Positions 16,570 to 26,459 of a stretch of 64,000 bases of DNA are shown here, piece after piece. The DNA is from Ignavibacteriota bacterium (GTDB lineage: Bacteria; Bacteroidota; Ignavibacteria; UBA10030; UBA6906): positions 2,816,001 through 2,880,000 of the forward strand of contig CAWDEM010000008.1 of assembly GCA_963801355.1 (NCBI GenBank), read 5' to 3'. Each line of letters opens with the position of its first letter. Position 1 is the first letter of the stretch. Below the pieces are notes generated by a model that saw only the letters and a list, made by a program, of their open reading frames with translations, was not told the origin of the DNA and did not search any database. Position numbers and translations under genes: made by a program.

Positions 16570-18403
16570 CACGCTTTCCCTGTTCCCCCTTCCACTTCCA
16601 GAGGGGCGGTATTGTCGGCACGGCCGTCATCACACCGCCGAAACCTATGTACCTCCTCGTGAACATGTTCGACGGACTCACATTTACACGTGCAAGCCGG
16701 TCCAGGTAGAGGCGTACTCCAGCCCGTCCGGCAAGCGCACTGACGGCGGAATCGACGGCCCGTTCCTGTTTCATCGACCGCGCCCCCCGGATACCGGAAT
16801 CCATCAACGAATCAAGGTGCAGTTTCCCATCCGGGCGTGATGTGCGCGTCCCCAACGTCGTGAACACACTGTATCCTTCTTTCAGCTGTAATGGACCACC
16901 AATGCTTCCGGAATCCTGGAAGAGCGCAGGAAATCCAAGGGACGGATAGACATCCACCGCAAAGAAGCCCGACTCACCATCCCTCGCGGACCAACCCGCC
17001 CGCCGCGAGAGCTGACGTGCCATGGCTCCCAGGGATTCTCCCTGCAGCGCGCGGCGCAGAACATCAAGTGCGCGCGACAGACTGTCACACAGCACTTCGC
17101 GGACATTGACTTCGTATGCCGCCCCCAGAGCTGCGCCGTACCGGACCAGAAAGTCTACGGCCTCCTGTTCACTTGCCGTGACCGAATTCTTGATGCTCTG
17201 GATCATGGCGGCCGACGCCCAGTAGTCATTCCACACGGCGACATCTCGCTTCACGGGCCCACTATGCTGGATGTTTTGACGGTACCCTTCACGGGCCAGA
17301 AGCTCTTCCCGTACAACGTCCTTGACGGCCGCATTCAGCCTTCCCAGGAAGGGTTCAGACTCGAGGACCGGAAAGGCGAGTTCTTGCGACCGCATCGCAT
17401 CAATCACCTCCTGCAACGTCATGCCTCCGCCCGCGATGTGAACGAGCTCATCGTTCAGTCGGGCAGCAAACGCAACCTCGAGAGAATCCAGATCCGTGGA
17501 CGCCAGACGGTAGCCCGCCTTCCCTGCCCGCGCCGCCGCATCGCGGGCGATGCGGGAACGCAGAAGGTGCGACACCGAATCGAAGAACAACGAGTCAACC
17601 TCGGCGCGTTGCGGAGAAAGGATGCGCCCCTGGAATTTCGAGGCGATGGCATCCATTTTCCGTTGACGCACAATGGACCGCACGGCGCTGATCCGGTCAG
17701 GGACGGATTTGTCTGAGGCTTCCTGATTGGGAGATTGCTCGAGAAGATACACAACGCCCCAGCCGAGATAATCCGTCTTCACCGCCTCTGAGAGGCGCCG
17801 TCTCATGCTCAGCGCGTACGCGGTGTCCTCGAGCGTCCAGTCCTGACTGCCGAACTTCACGGTCAGGGTATCGACGCGGCGCAGGAGACGTCGGGAGAGC
17901 AGGTGGACGGCGCTGTCAATCGATGACCGGGAGGCAAGAGAGTCCCGTAATTCGCGCGCGAGCGACGCCGACGCGGCCGGGAAATACAGCACCTGCAGTT
18001 CGAGGGGATACCGCCGCATGCCGGCTGACAGTTCCCGGTCGTTCACGACGGCTTTTGCCGTTACTTCGCGTTTGAAGAGCTCGTCGCGGACCATCAGCCG
18101 TTCGAGTGCCAGCCGTCGCCGGAGTGATGCGCCGTCCCTGTTCAGTCCTCGCACCGCCGCATCCTGCGCAAGGAGTTTTTCCGCCACGAGTGCACGCAGC
18201 GCCCGGATCTTTGCACTGTCGTGCTCCTGGGGGCGGTCCTTCCCGGGAAAAGGCATCAACTCCAGGCGTTCAAGCAAGTCACGCGCGGAAATGACAGCTG
18301 TGCCGATTTCGGCGAGTGTATCACCCGGGATCGTGACGCGCTGGGCGCGCAGCGGAGTAGCAGCGAAGGCAATGCCGCAGAGGAGTAGGATGATGAAGCG
18401 CAT
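16559..18403 (-). CDS. PpiC/SurA-like peptidyl-prolyl isomerase
   Basis: Signal peptide; LVAEKLLAQDA, VNVREVL, LARQ-like MARQLS..SARDGESGFF and GPLQLKEGYSVF rotamase pattern. Confidence 0.8.
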   Translation of the reverse strand: MRFIILLLCGIAFAATPLRAQRVTIPGDTLAEIGTAVISARDLLERLELMPFPGKDRPQEHDSAKIRALRALVAEKLLAQDAAVRGLNRDGASLRRRLALERLMVRDELFKREVTAKAVVNDRELSAGMRRYPLELQVLYFPAASASLARELRDSLASRSSIDSAVHLLSRRLLRRVDTLTVKFGSQDWTLEDTAYALSMRRRLSEAVKTDYLGWGVVYLLEQSPNQEASDKSVPDRISAVRSIVRQRKMDAIASKFQGRILSPQRAEVDSLFFDSVSHLLRSRIARDAAARAGKAGYRLASTDLDSLEVAFAARLNDELVHIAGGGMTLQEVIDAMRSQELAFPVLESEPFLGRLNAAVKDVVREELLAREGYRQNIQHSGPVKRDVAVWNDYWASAAMIQSIKNSVTASEQEAVDFLVRYGAALGAAYEVNVREVLCDSLSRALDVLRRALQGESLGAMARQLSRRAGWSARDGESGFFAVDVYPSLGFPALFQDSGSIGGPLQLKEGYSVFTTLGTRTSRPDGKLHLDSLMDSGIRGARSMKQERAVDSAVSALAGRAGVRLYLDRLARVNVSPSNMFTRRYIGFGGVMTAVPTIPPLWKWKGEQGKRVVP

Positions 18404-18437
18404 AGAGTACCGTGGCTCGGAAGGATGTGGAACTCTC

Positions 18438-19514
18438 TCAGCCGGGGGTCACGCTGACCGCCTCGTGCAGGTGGGAAACCTGTGCGCGTTTGGTGATGCA
18501 CGTTTCGCGCAGAACCAGCTCCGTCGGCAGGACCACATCCTGCTCTTCGCGCACATCCGGGGCAGTGATAAAATCAAGAAGCATCTGCGCGGCTTTCGTC
18601 CCCAGTTCATGGGTCGGCTGTCGCACAACGCTGATCGCGGGAGACAGAAACCGGCCCACATCGCTGTCACCGAAGCAGATCATATCGATGTCATCGGGAA
18701 TTCTGACACCAAGGGTCTTGGCGGCTTCGTAGATGCCAAGGGCGACCGGGTAGGTTGCTGCGAGCACAAATTCCGGGAGGGGGCGGTTGCGGTACAACTG
18801 CATCAATCCCTGGTACCCGTCTTCCTTGCCGTATCCGGCCTGGACAACCCATTCGCGATTCACCGGAATGTCATATTTGGCCAGCGCATCCTCAAAACCG
18901 AGGAAACGATTCTTCCCGATATTCACGGTTGGATTCCCCCCCACGAATCCCAACTTGCGGTAGCCGATTGTGAGAGCCTGGTCCGCGGCCTTGAAGGCTC
19001 CTTCACGGTCGGCAACAAGCACGCTGCTGAACCCGGGGAGAGGGGGCTCCGGACGCCGATCGACAAACAAGAGGGGGATGCCAAGCTGTTTGATCCACTG
19101 AAAAAGCTGGGGATCATGTGTGGATTGTGAGATGGAAATGATGATGCCGTCCACCCGCATCGCCACCAGCGTCTGCAGGTGTTTCTTTTCCCGTTCTGCG
19201 TTTTCCTGCGAGACCATCATGATGGTCTCGTAGTTCCGTTCGAATGTCGTGTTGTATACCCCCTCAATGACGGCACTGAAGAAGAAGTGCGCAACTTTGG
19301 GGACGACGAGTCCGATCATATGGGAGCGTCGCGATGAGAGGCTCCGCGCAATGATGTTGGGGGTGTAGTTCAGTTTCGCCGCGACTTCCCGCACGCGCAG
19401 CGTCATCTCCGCAGAAATGTCGGGATGTCCGCGCAGAGCCTTGGAAACCGTGACCCGGGATACCTTCAGCCTTTTGGCAATGTCGTCAAGCGTGGTGTGC
19501 GAACGTCTTCTCAT
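18438..19514 (-). CDS. LacI-family transcriptional regulator
   Basis: TLDDIAKRLKVSRVTVSKAL HTH, YTPNIIARSL hinge and a sugar-binding domain. Confidence 0.96.
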   Translation of the reverse strand: MRRRSHTTLDDIAKRLKVSRVTVSKALRGHPDISAEMTLRVREVAAKLNYTPNIIARSLSSRRSHMIGLVVPKVAHFFFSAVIEGVYNTTFERNYETIMMVSQENAEREKKHLQTLVAMRVDGIIISISQSTHDPQLFQWIKQLGIPLLFVDRRPEPPLPGFSSVLVADREGAFKAADQALTIGYRKLGFVGGNPTVNIGKNRFLGFEDALAKYDIPVNREWVVQAGYGKEDGYQGLMQLYRNRPLPEFVLAATYPVALGIYEAAKTLGVRIPDDIDMICFGDSDVGRFLSPAISVVRQPTHELGTKAAQMLLDFITAPDVREEQDVVLPTELVLRETCITKRAQVSHLHEAVSVTPG

Positions 19515-19536
19515 GGTGGGCCCCTCGCCCAGGCGG

Positions 19537-19605
19537 GATAACAGCGTTACCTTTATCGATTACTTTACGTTGCTACAGTGTAGAGGTTTTTTGAGAAATT
19601 GTCAA
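19537..19605 (-). promoter_or_regulatory. lacI-family promoter with possible autoregulatory operators
   Basis: TTGACA(19600-19605)-17 bp-TACACT; downstream imperfect palindromes GTAATCGATAAA and GGTAACGCTGTTATC. Confidence 0.5.
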
Positions 19606-19621
19606 GAAGGAAGTTGAGGGA

Positions 19622-19972
19622 TTATTCCCCTTTTTCGCTCAACTCATCAAGAAAAGCAACCGCTCTCCGCAGATGGGGGATAACGATGGATCCACCGATA
19701 ACGAGGGCTACACTGAACACTTCGTGGAGCTCTGCATCCGTCACACCCAATTCCTTGCACCGCTGCACATGATAGGACACGCAATCATCACACCGGAGCA
19801 CCATCGATGCGACGAGTCCCAGCATCTCCTTCGTGCGCACATCCAGCGCTCCCGGCTCATACGCGAGCGTATCGACACCGAAGAACCGCTTAATGGTGCG
19901 GTTATCGGTTTCAAGAATGCGTTGATTCATCTTGCTCCGGAATTCATTGAACTCCTTCACGCGACCGCCCAT
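19622..19972 (-). CDS. Carboxymuconolactone decarboxylase/AhpD-like protein
   Basis: GALDVRTKEMLGLVASMVLRCDDCVSYH; GGAGG RBS before MGGRVK. Confidence 0.92.
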   Translation of the reverse strand: MGGRVKEFNEFRSKMNQRILETDNRTIKRFFGVDTLAYEPGALDVRTKEMLGLVASMVLRCDDCVSYHVQRCKELGVTDAELHEVFSVALVIGGSIVIPHLRRAVAFLDELSEKGE

Positions 19973-20004
19973 ACGTCCTCCAGAATGGTCCCCCGCCGTC
20001 CCCA

Positions 20005-21927
20005 TCATTGCTCCGCCGGAGCAGCGGGCCTCTCCGTGTGCTCCTCAAACACAAGGAGAAACGATGTTCCGCCCTCGCGCACAACCGAGAGCGAACCCCT
20101 CAGCTGATCCGTCAGCGTGCTGACAAGATGCAGACCGAGCGTATCCGTGGTCTGCACATCAATCGACCCGGGGAGTCCGATGCCGTCGTCGAGCACTCCG
20201 AGAACGTACTTCCCCTGTTCTTTGAAAAACCGGATGGTCACTGTTCCCCCCGGTCTTCCGGTGAACGCATGGTGCAGGGCATTCGTCAGCAACTCGTTGA
20301 CGATCAAGCCGCATGGAATCGCCGCGTCGATCCCCAGGCGCAGGTCTTCCAGCTCAAGCCGCAGGTCAATGGCCTTTCCGCTCCTGGCATACGACTGGAT
20401 CAGACCATGGGTCAGGCGGCGCAGATAATCGGTGAAATTGACCCATGCCAGATCTTCCGACTGGTACAGCTCTTCGTGCACGAGCGCCATGGATTTGATG
20501 CGGGCCTGATTCTCCCTCAGGACCACCTGCACCCGTTCATCGGAAATCCGATCCGCCTGGAGGTTCAGAAGACTGGTAATGACCTGCAGGTTGTTCTTGA
20601 CGCGATGGTGCACTTCCTTCAGGAGAACCTCTTTTTCCCGCAGGGATGCCTGCACGCGTGCTTCAGACCGCTTGCGCTCGGTGATCTCGCGTGCAACGCC
20701 GACCATCGCCACGGGCTCGCCGGCATCGTTCCGCACCATCGACGTCCAGAGCTCCACCGGGAACGTCTCGCCGCTCTTCCGGCGGTTCATGAGTTCTCCC
20801 ACCCAACCACCGCTCTGTGCCTCCGTCCGGATCTGCTGCGTACGATCGAACTGTTCGCCGCTCGATCGCAGGAACCGGATATCCCGGCCCAGCACCTCCT
20901 CTTCGGTGTACCCGTAGGTGTCAACGAATGCCTGGTTGACATAGAGGATATGGTTCTCAAGATCGGTGAGAATAAAGGCGTCCTTCGCACAATTGAGCGT
21001 AAATGCCAGTAACCGGAGTTTACGCTCCGCCTGTTCGCTGTCACGCCTGGCAGTCGCCTGTTCTGTAATATCCTCTCCCACCACCAGCAATCCCTGGACC
21101 TTTACGGCTTCGGACACCTGCGGAGAAAATGTCATGCGCATCAGGCGAACCGCGCCGCTCTTGTGGGCGACCGCGAAGGTGTCGGCGATTGCTGTCTGCC
21201 GCCCCACGACGGAAGCCATCATGCCCACCAGCCGCGCGAAGTCGTTGGCATTATCCGCGGCAAGCAGCGACGTGATGGACCGCTTGCCGACTATTTCCTC
21301 GGAGGTGTAGCCGAAGAGAGTCTCAGCACCCGCATTCCAGAAACCCACGAGTCCCGCCGGATCGGTGCTGATGATCGCAATGGTGCGGGAACTCTCAAGT
21401 ATCTGCTGGAGAAACTGGATCGTGCTGGTGAGCGTTGCCTCGAGTTTTCGCTGTTCGGTCACATCCCGCGACGTAACGGCAACCCGCGTGACGGTGCCCG
21501 TGGCATCGTGGATGGGAACCATACGCACCTTGGAGTACTCGCCGGCATACACATCCTCCAGGAGCATCGGCTGACCGGTCTGCAGCACCTGCTGCACCGC
21601 CGCTTTGCGGGACGCTGCAAGGTTTGCCGGAAGGGGGGCAAACATCGATGACCCGGGGGGAAGATTGCCGATCCGCCGGGCCGTGTCATTCATATCCAGG
21701 ATCGTGCCGGTGGGGTCAATGAGGTACGCAGGATCCCCCAGGGTGTTCAGCAGGATTTGCGAGGATGCTTCATTGATTTGCGTTGCAGACAGCTGTCGTC
21801 GCCGCCGCCGCATCGAGATCACCAGGGCAAGGACGGCGCCGGCCAGAAGAACGAGCAGTACGGCGATGACCAGCGTGGTGAACTGGGCGGGCTCGATCAG
21901 TATGGCCAGCACGGGCGGTGCCTGCAT
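20005..21927 (-). CDS. Sensor kinase (TM, three PAS, HisKA_2, HATPase)
   Basis: EVHHRVKNNLQ and DDGIG motifs. Start moved to MQAPPV (GGAGG RBS, overlaps upstream stop). Confidence 0.92.
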   Translation of the reverse strand: MQAPPVLAILIEPAQFTTLVIAVLLVLLAGAVLALVISMRRRRRQLSATQINEASSQILLNTLGDPAYLIDPTGTILDMNDTARRIGNLPPGSSMFAPLPANLAASRKAAVQQVLQTGQPMLLEDVYAGEYSKVRMVPIHDATGTVTRVAVTSRDVTEQRKLEATLTSTIQFLQQILESSRTIAIISTDPAGLVGFWNAGAETLFGYTSEEIVGKRSITSLLAADNANDFARLVGMMASVVGRQTAIADTFAVAHKSGAVRLMRMTFSPQVSEAVKVQGLLVVGEDITEQATARRDSEQAERKLRLLAFTLNCAKDAFILTDLENHILYVNQAFVDTYGYTEEEVLGRDIRFLRSSGEQFDRTQQIRTEAQSGGWVGELMNRRKSGETFPVELWTSMVRNDAGEPVAMVGVAREITERKRSEARVQASLREKEVLLKEVHHRVKNNLQVITSLLNLQADRISDERVQVVLRENQARIKSMALVHEELYQSEDLAWVNFTDYLRRLTHGLIQSYARSGKAIDLRLELEDLRLGIDAAIPCGLIVNELLTNALHHAFTGRPGGTVTIRFFKEQGKYVLGVLDDGIGLPGSIDVQTTDTLGLHLVSTLTDQLRGSLSVVREGGTSFLLVFEEHTERPAAPAEQ

Positions 21928-24900
21928 CACACCTCCAGAGGAAATGTGATGCAGAATGTCGTCCCGTTGCCGCGCATCAGCTCGATGGAGCCGTTGAGCT
22001 GCTTCGTGAGCGTATTCACCAGTTGAAGACCCAGCGTTGTCGTCTTCCGGGGATTGAGTTCGGCAGGAAGACCGACACCATTGTCCCGCACACTCAACAC
22101 GCCGCTCCCATCGGGCTGTACCGCGAGGTCGATATTCACCTCCCCTTCCCGTCCCTCCGGGAAGGCATACTTCAGCGCGTTGGAGACGAGTTCGTTGATG
22201 ATCAGTCCGCACGGAATCGCGGCGTTCACGGGTAGATCGATGCTTTGCACGTTGACGACTACGCGTACGGCGGACATGCCGTAGGAGCGAGCCAGGAAAC
22301 CCACCAGGCTCCGCACATATTCACCAAAATCGATGCGGGCGAGATTGCCCGACTGGTAGAGCCGTTCATGGATGAGTGCCATCGACCGGATCCGGTTCTG
22401 GCTCTCGCGCAGCTGTTCGAGCGTCTTCCCGTCCGAAACGTTGGCCGCCTGAAGGTTCAGCAGGCTCGAAATCACCTGCAGGTTGTTTTTCACCCGGTGG
22501 TGGATCTCCTTCAGCAGGACTTCTTTCTCCTTCAGTGAGGCTGCGATCTGGGCTTCCGCTCGCCGGCGTTCGGTGATGTCCGTCATCGTCCCCAGCATCC
22601 GGACGGATTTCCCCTTCTCGTCGGTCAGGAAAATGCCGTTGTCGTAGACGTCGATATAATTGCCGCCCTTGTGCCTGAACCGGTAGGCAATACGGTACGG
22701 CCGGCCGGATGCCATGCTGAGCTCCAGCTCGCGCATCACCGGCGCCCGATCCTCCTCATGCACCATCTCCTCCCATCCATGAATCGTCACACTCTGGAAA
22801 TCCGCGGCACTGAATCCTGTGACCTCCTGTATGGCGCCTGCCCACGTGATCGTCCCGAGGAGAATATCATAGTCGTAGACCAGCTGCCCGGTTTGTTCGA
22901 CGACAAGCCGGAAACGCTCTTCACTGTGCACCAGGTTTTCTTCCGCGGCCTTACGCTCAGTGATGTCGCGCCCGATCATCTGAATCTCCGCCACCTCGGC
23001 GAGATCGCCACGAATAGCACTGGAAGTCCAGCGTAACCACCGCTCGTTGCCCGACGGTGTGCGAAACCGCCTGTCCATCTCCACCGGACCGCCTGACGGC
23101 GATTCGTGGAGGAGTCGATCAAAGAAATCGGCATCCCCATCGCCGGCCATCACGGTCATGAAGTTCTGCCCCACAAGCTCATTCCGCGACTTCTGGAGCA
23201 AGCGGCAGAATGCTTCATTCACGAAGGATAGCCGGCCATCAGGGAGCAAACGGACGATCAGTTCTGTTTGATGTTCCACCACGGCACGGAACCGGGCATC
23301 CTGTTCCCGCAGTGTCCGGTCATATTGCCGCTTGCGCCTGACAAAGACAATCACAAGAGCTGCAATGGCGGCAAGCAGAGCTCCCACGGGGCCATAGAAC
23401 ACCGGCCGGAGAAACAACGGGGGCTGCACGTTGAAGGTCACGCCCTGCGGCTGGTGTGATACCTGCCCGATGATCCCCTTCGGCTGAACGGCAAACGTGT
23501 GCGCACCAACACTGAGACCCGTCAACGTCGCAGACCGCTCTTCAGACCAGTCCGACCAGGGTTGATCGTCGACACGGTAGCGGACCTTCACCTCGTTCGA
23601 AGGTATCAGCTCCCATGGTGGTTCCACCTGCCAGGAGATGACCGTTGCCGAACCCTGTGGCACAGGGTCCTGATAACGAACACGCGGAGGCGGAGTCTCC
23701 AGCAAAGAGTACTGCAACACTGCGACGCCGGATCCTGATGTGCCAATATAGACGCGGTCGTGTGTGACTACCAGCGGCCAGAGGAGGGGGTTGGGAAGCC
23801 CCTGTGCCGGCCCGATGGTCACCCAGATGCCGTTGTTGTTGACAAAGAGCCCCTCGCGGGTGGCTATCCACAGCTTCCCATCGGGCGCACCCACGATACT
23901 CCAAATCGTCCGACCTGTCATTCCCTCGGCCTGATCCACGTAGCGCGGGTGCTCGTTCTCATCGAAATATCCGAGACCCTGGCGTTGATGACCGAACCAC
24001 ACACGTCCGGTCCGGTCTGCCGCGAGAGTAAACACCCTGTTGGAAATCAGCCCCCCATCTGTCGTCCAGTATTTCCAGCTGTTGCCTTTCAATCTGCTTA
24101 CCCCGTTCAGGCTCCCAAACCAGTAGGCGCCGGCGGAATCCTGGGCGAACGCATAGACCCGGTCATCCAGAAGCCCATCCTTCATCCCGATGTGGGAGAA
24201 TTTCCCTTTGTCGAGAAGGTACACGCCGTGTTCGGTTGCGGGTTGTAACCCCGGGGGGTGGGCGCTGATGGTGAGAAACCAGAGCCGGCCCGCACGATCC
24301 GGGAGGATCTTATGAACCCGGGAGTCGCATAATCCTTCCGCGCCTCCGAAGTGCTTCCAGGCCTTTCCGTCCCAACGGAAGGCCCCGTCAAATGACGCTC
24401 CGCTGCTCGCCCAGATATTTCCCTCGGGATCGCGCGCCAATCCCGTCACGACATTCAGCGGCATACCTGCAGCCCTGTCAATATGCGCCGCCGGCCTCCC
24501 CTCTTTATATGTCATGATGCCCGCCGAGGTCCCGACCCACAAGGTGCTGTCGGAGGCGAAGAGGAGTTCATTGATCGACTTCGTTTCAGGGAGAAGACCA
24601 CTCTCCAGAACTGTCCAACGACGAGAGGAAATGGAACAAAGGAACAGCGAACCTTCCTTTCCGACCCAGAGATCGCCGTTTGCCCGGAACCTGAACACTC
24701 TTGCATTCAACATCTGCTGGGGGGGCGGGTTCACCGGTTGCCATCTCCCGCCAGTGAAGATCGAAAGAAGACCCGAATTCCGTTGGGCAATGATCTTTCC
24801 GTCCGGAGAGATATCTGCAGTCGCTATAGCGGTCGAAGGATCGGTGATTTCCGCCCGCGTTATCGTACCACCTGACCAGTCCACGTTGATCTGCCTGATG

Positions 24901-25598
24901 TTGAGATGTGCAGAAAGCGAACCGACTCCGCGCGAGTTTTCCACAATGGACTGCAACGACATGGACTCGCCATCAGGTGGCACATACCAGAGACGCCATG
25001 CATGATTCACCCAGCGGAACAACCCCCGCGGAGCGTTGAGCCACAGGGCACCGTTGGTCGTTTGGGAGAGACCGAACGGGTGATCAGGGGTACGCACCAG
25101 CGGGTGTTGGTACGGCGATGGGATGAGTACCGTCGTGTCCCTGGCGTACAAGTACAGTGCCGTGTCACCCTGCAGCATGATCCCCTGGTTCGGGAGGTAG
25201 AAGGCCCGATGGACGGCAAGGGGTGTGCCATTGACCGTGGGAGTGAGCCATGTCTCACCCTGGGCGTTCACACGGTAGAGGCGCGGGGGGATCACCAGGA
25301 GAACTCCCGTCGAATCCACACTCACCCGGCCACGGCTGATTTCCGCGGACACCAGAGAATCCAGGGGGACATCCTCCCACTGAAATCCATCGTACCACGC
25401 CAGGCCGCTCCGCAGGTGAAGCCACGGCACTCCGATGGGGAGCTCGACAAGGTCCAGGATGAACGGCGACGATAAACCGGAATACAGATCGAAGCGCACC
25501 CAGCGCCATTCGTCGTACACTTCCGGCATCTGCGCGGAGAGCGGTTGAGCGAGAAGGAGAAGCAACAACAACCGGAGAGAGATCTTCATGAGTTTCAT
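21927..25598 (-). CDS. Sensor kinase with periplasmic beta-propeller/Y_Y_Y-like sensor, two PAS, HisKA_2
   Basis: Repeated D..G.LW(V/F)G propeller blades, one TM segment, EIHHRVKNNLQ. Confidence 0.92.
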   Translation of the reverse strand: MKLMKISLRLLLLLLLAQPLSAQMPEVYDEWRWVRFDLYSGLSSPFILDLVELPIGVPWLHLRSGLAWYDGFQWEDVPLDSLVSAEISRGRVSVDSTGVLLVIPPRLYRVNAQGETWLTPTVNGTPLAVHRAFYLPNQGIMLQGDTALYLYARDTTVLIPSPYQHPLVRTPDHPFGLSQTTNGALWLNAPRGLFRWVNHAWRLWYVPPDGESMSLQSIVENSRGVGSLSAHLNIRQINVDWSGGTITRAEITDPSTAIATADISPDGKIIAQRNSGLLSIFTGGRWQPVNPPPQQMLNARVFRFRANGDLWVGKEGSLFLCSISSRRWTVLESGLLPETKSINELLFASDSTLWVGTSAGIMTYKEGRPAAHIDRAAGMPLNVVTGLARDPEGNIWASSGASFDGAFRWDGKAWKHFGGAEGLCDSRVHKILPDRAGRLWFLTISAHPPGLQPATEHGVYLLDKGKFSHIGMKDGLLDDRVYAFAQDSAGAYWFGSLNGVSRLKGNSWKYWTTDGGLISNRVFTLAADRTGRVWFGHQRQGLGYFDENEHPRYVDQAEGMTGRTIWSIVGAPDGKLWIATREGLFVNNNGIWVTIGPAQGLPNPLLWPLVVTHDRVYIGTSGSGVAVLQYSLLETPPPRVRYQDPVPQGSATVISWQVEPPWELIPSNEVKVRYRVDDQPWSDWSEERSATLTGLSVGAHTFAVQPKGIIGQVSHQPQGVTFNVQPPLFLRPVFYGPVGALLAAIAALVIVFVRRKRQYDRTLREQDARFRAVVEHQTELIVRLLPDGRLSFVNEAFCRLLQKSRNELVGQNFMTVMAGDGDADFFDRLLHESPSGGPVEMDRRFRTPSGNERWLRWTSSAIRGDLAEVAEIQMIGRDITERKAAEENLVHSEERFRLVVEQTGQLVYDYDILLGTITWAGAIQEVTGFSAADFQSVTIHGWEEMVHEEDRAPVMRELELSMASGRPYRIAYRFRHKGGNYIDVYDNGIFLTDEKGKSVRMLGTMTDITERRRAEAQIAASLKEKEVLLKEIHHRVKNNLQVISSLLNLQAANVSDGKTLEQLRESQNRIRSMALIHERLYQSGNLARIDFGEYVRSLVGFLARSYGMSAVRVVVNVQSIDLPVNAAIPCGLIINELVSNALKYAFPEGREGEVNIDLAVQPDGSGVLSVRDNGVGLPAELNPRKTTTLGLQLVNTLTKQLNGSIELMRGNGTTFCITFPLEV

Positions 25599-25625
25599 GG
25601 CTTCCAATGTGGTTCCCACCACATC

Positions 25626-26459
25626 TCAGTGGTGCGCACGTCTGCGCTTCGTCCCCTTCAAGTGCATTGTCTTCGCAGGAAACCTTGCAGCCAGGGCGGC
25701 ACCGACGATCCCCGCTTCGTTCCGCAGTGTTGCTGGAAACAACGGTGTACGGACGGTGAGCAGCGGAAAAAACTTGCCCGCCTTTTTGCTGATCCCGCCG
25801 CCAATCACGATGGCGTCGGGCCAGAGAATATCTTCTACTGCGTGGAGATAGTCATTCAGGTATTTGGCCCACCGTTTCCACGATAGGTCCCGCTCTTTCC
25901 GCACACGTGCAGCCGCCCGTTCTTCCGCACGCTTGCCGTCCACCTGCATCTGCCCGAATTCCGTGTTGGGGAGAAGCACGCCGTTCACGAACACCGCCGA
26001 ACCGACGCCTGTACCGAGCGTAGTGACCACCACCACCCCCGCGAGGGTCCTGCCGGCGCCGAAGCGCATTTCTGCCATCCCGGCGGCATCGGCGTCGTTG
26101 ATGACCGTGACCCTGCAGCCGCAGGCATTACTGTAAACTTCATGCGCACGGATGCCGATCCAGGATTTGTCGAGATTCGCAAGCGCCAGCACACGACCAT
26201 CCTTGATCGGACCGGGCATGCCGCACCCCACCGGCCCGTGCCAGGCAAAGTGTTTGACAAGACGCGCGACAACCCGCGCCATCGCCTGCGGTGTCGCCGG
26301 GTCGGGTGTGGCAATACGGTATCGTTCCCCCACAAACGCACCCGTGTCGGTGTTGACAATCGCGCCTTTGATGCCGCTCCCGCCGATGTCGATACCGAGT
26401 ACGTGGGACCGTTTTGCCGGAGAGGTCCGGCCCCTGGATGCCACCTGCCGCTCCCTCAT
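25626..26459 (-). CDS. ppgK: Polyphosphate glucokinase (ROK family)
   Basis: GIDIGGSGIKGA, NDADAAGMAE, TLGTGVGSA and PNTEFG. Confidence 0.9.
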   Translation of the reverse strand: MRERQVASRGRTSPAKRSHVLGIDIGGSGIKGAIVNTDTGAFVGERYRIATPDPATPQAMARVVARLVKHFAWHGPVGCGMPGPIKDGRVLALANLDKSWIGIRAHEVYSNACGCRVTVINDADAAGMAEMRFGAGRTLAGVVVVTTLGTGVGSAVFVNGVLLPNTEFGQMQVDGKRAEERAAARVRKERDLSWKRWAKYLNDYLHAVEDILWPDAIVIGGGISKKAGKFFPLLTVRTPLFPATLRNEAGIVGAALAARFPAKTMHLKGTKRRRAHH

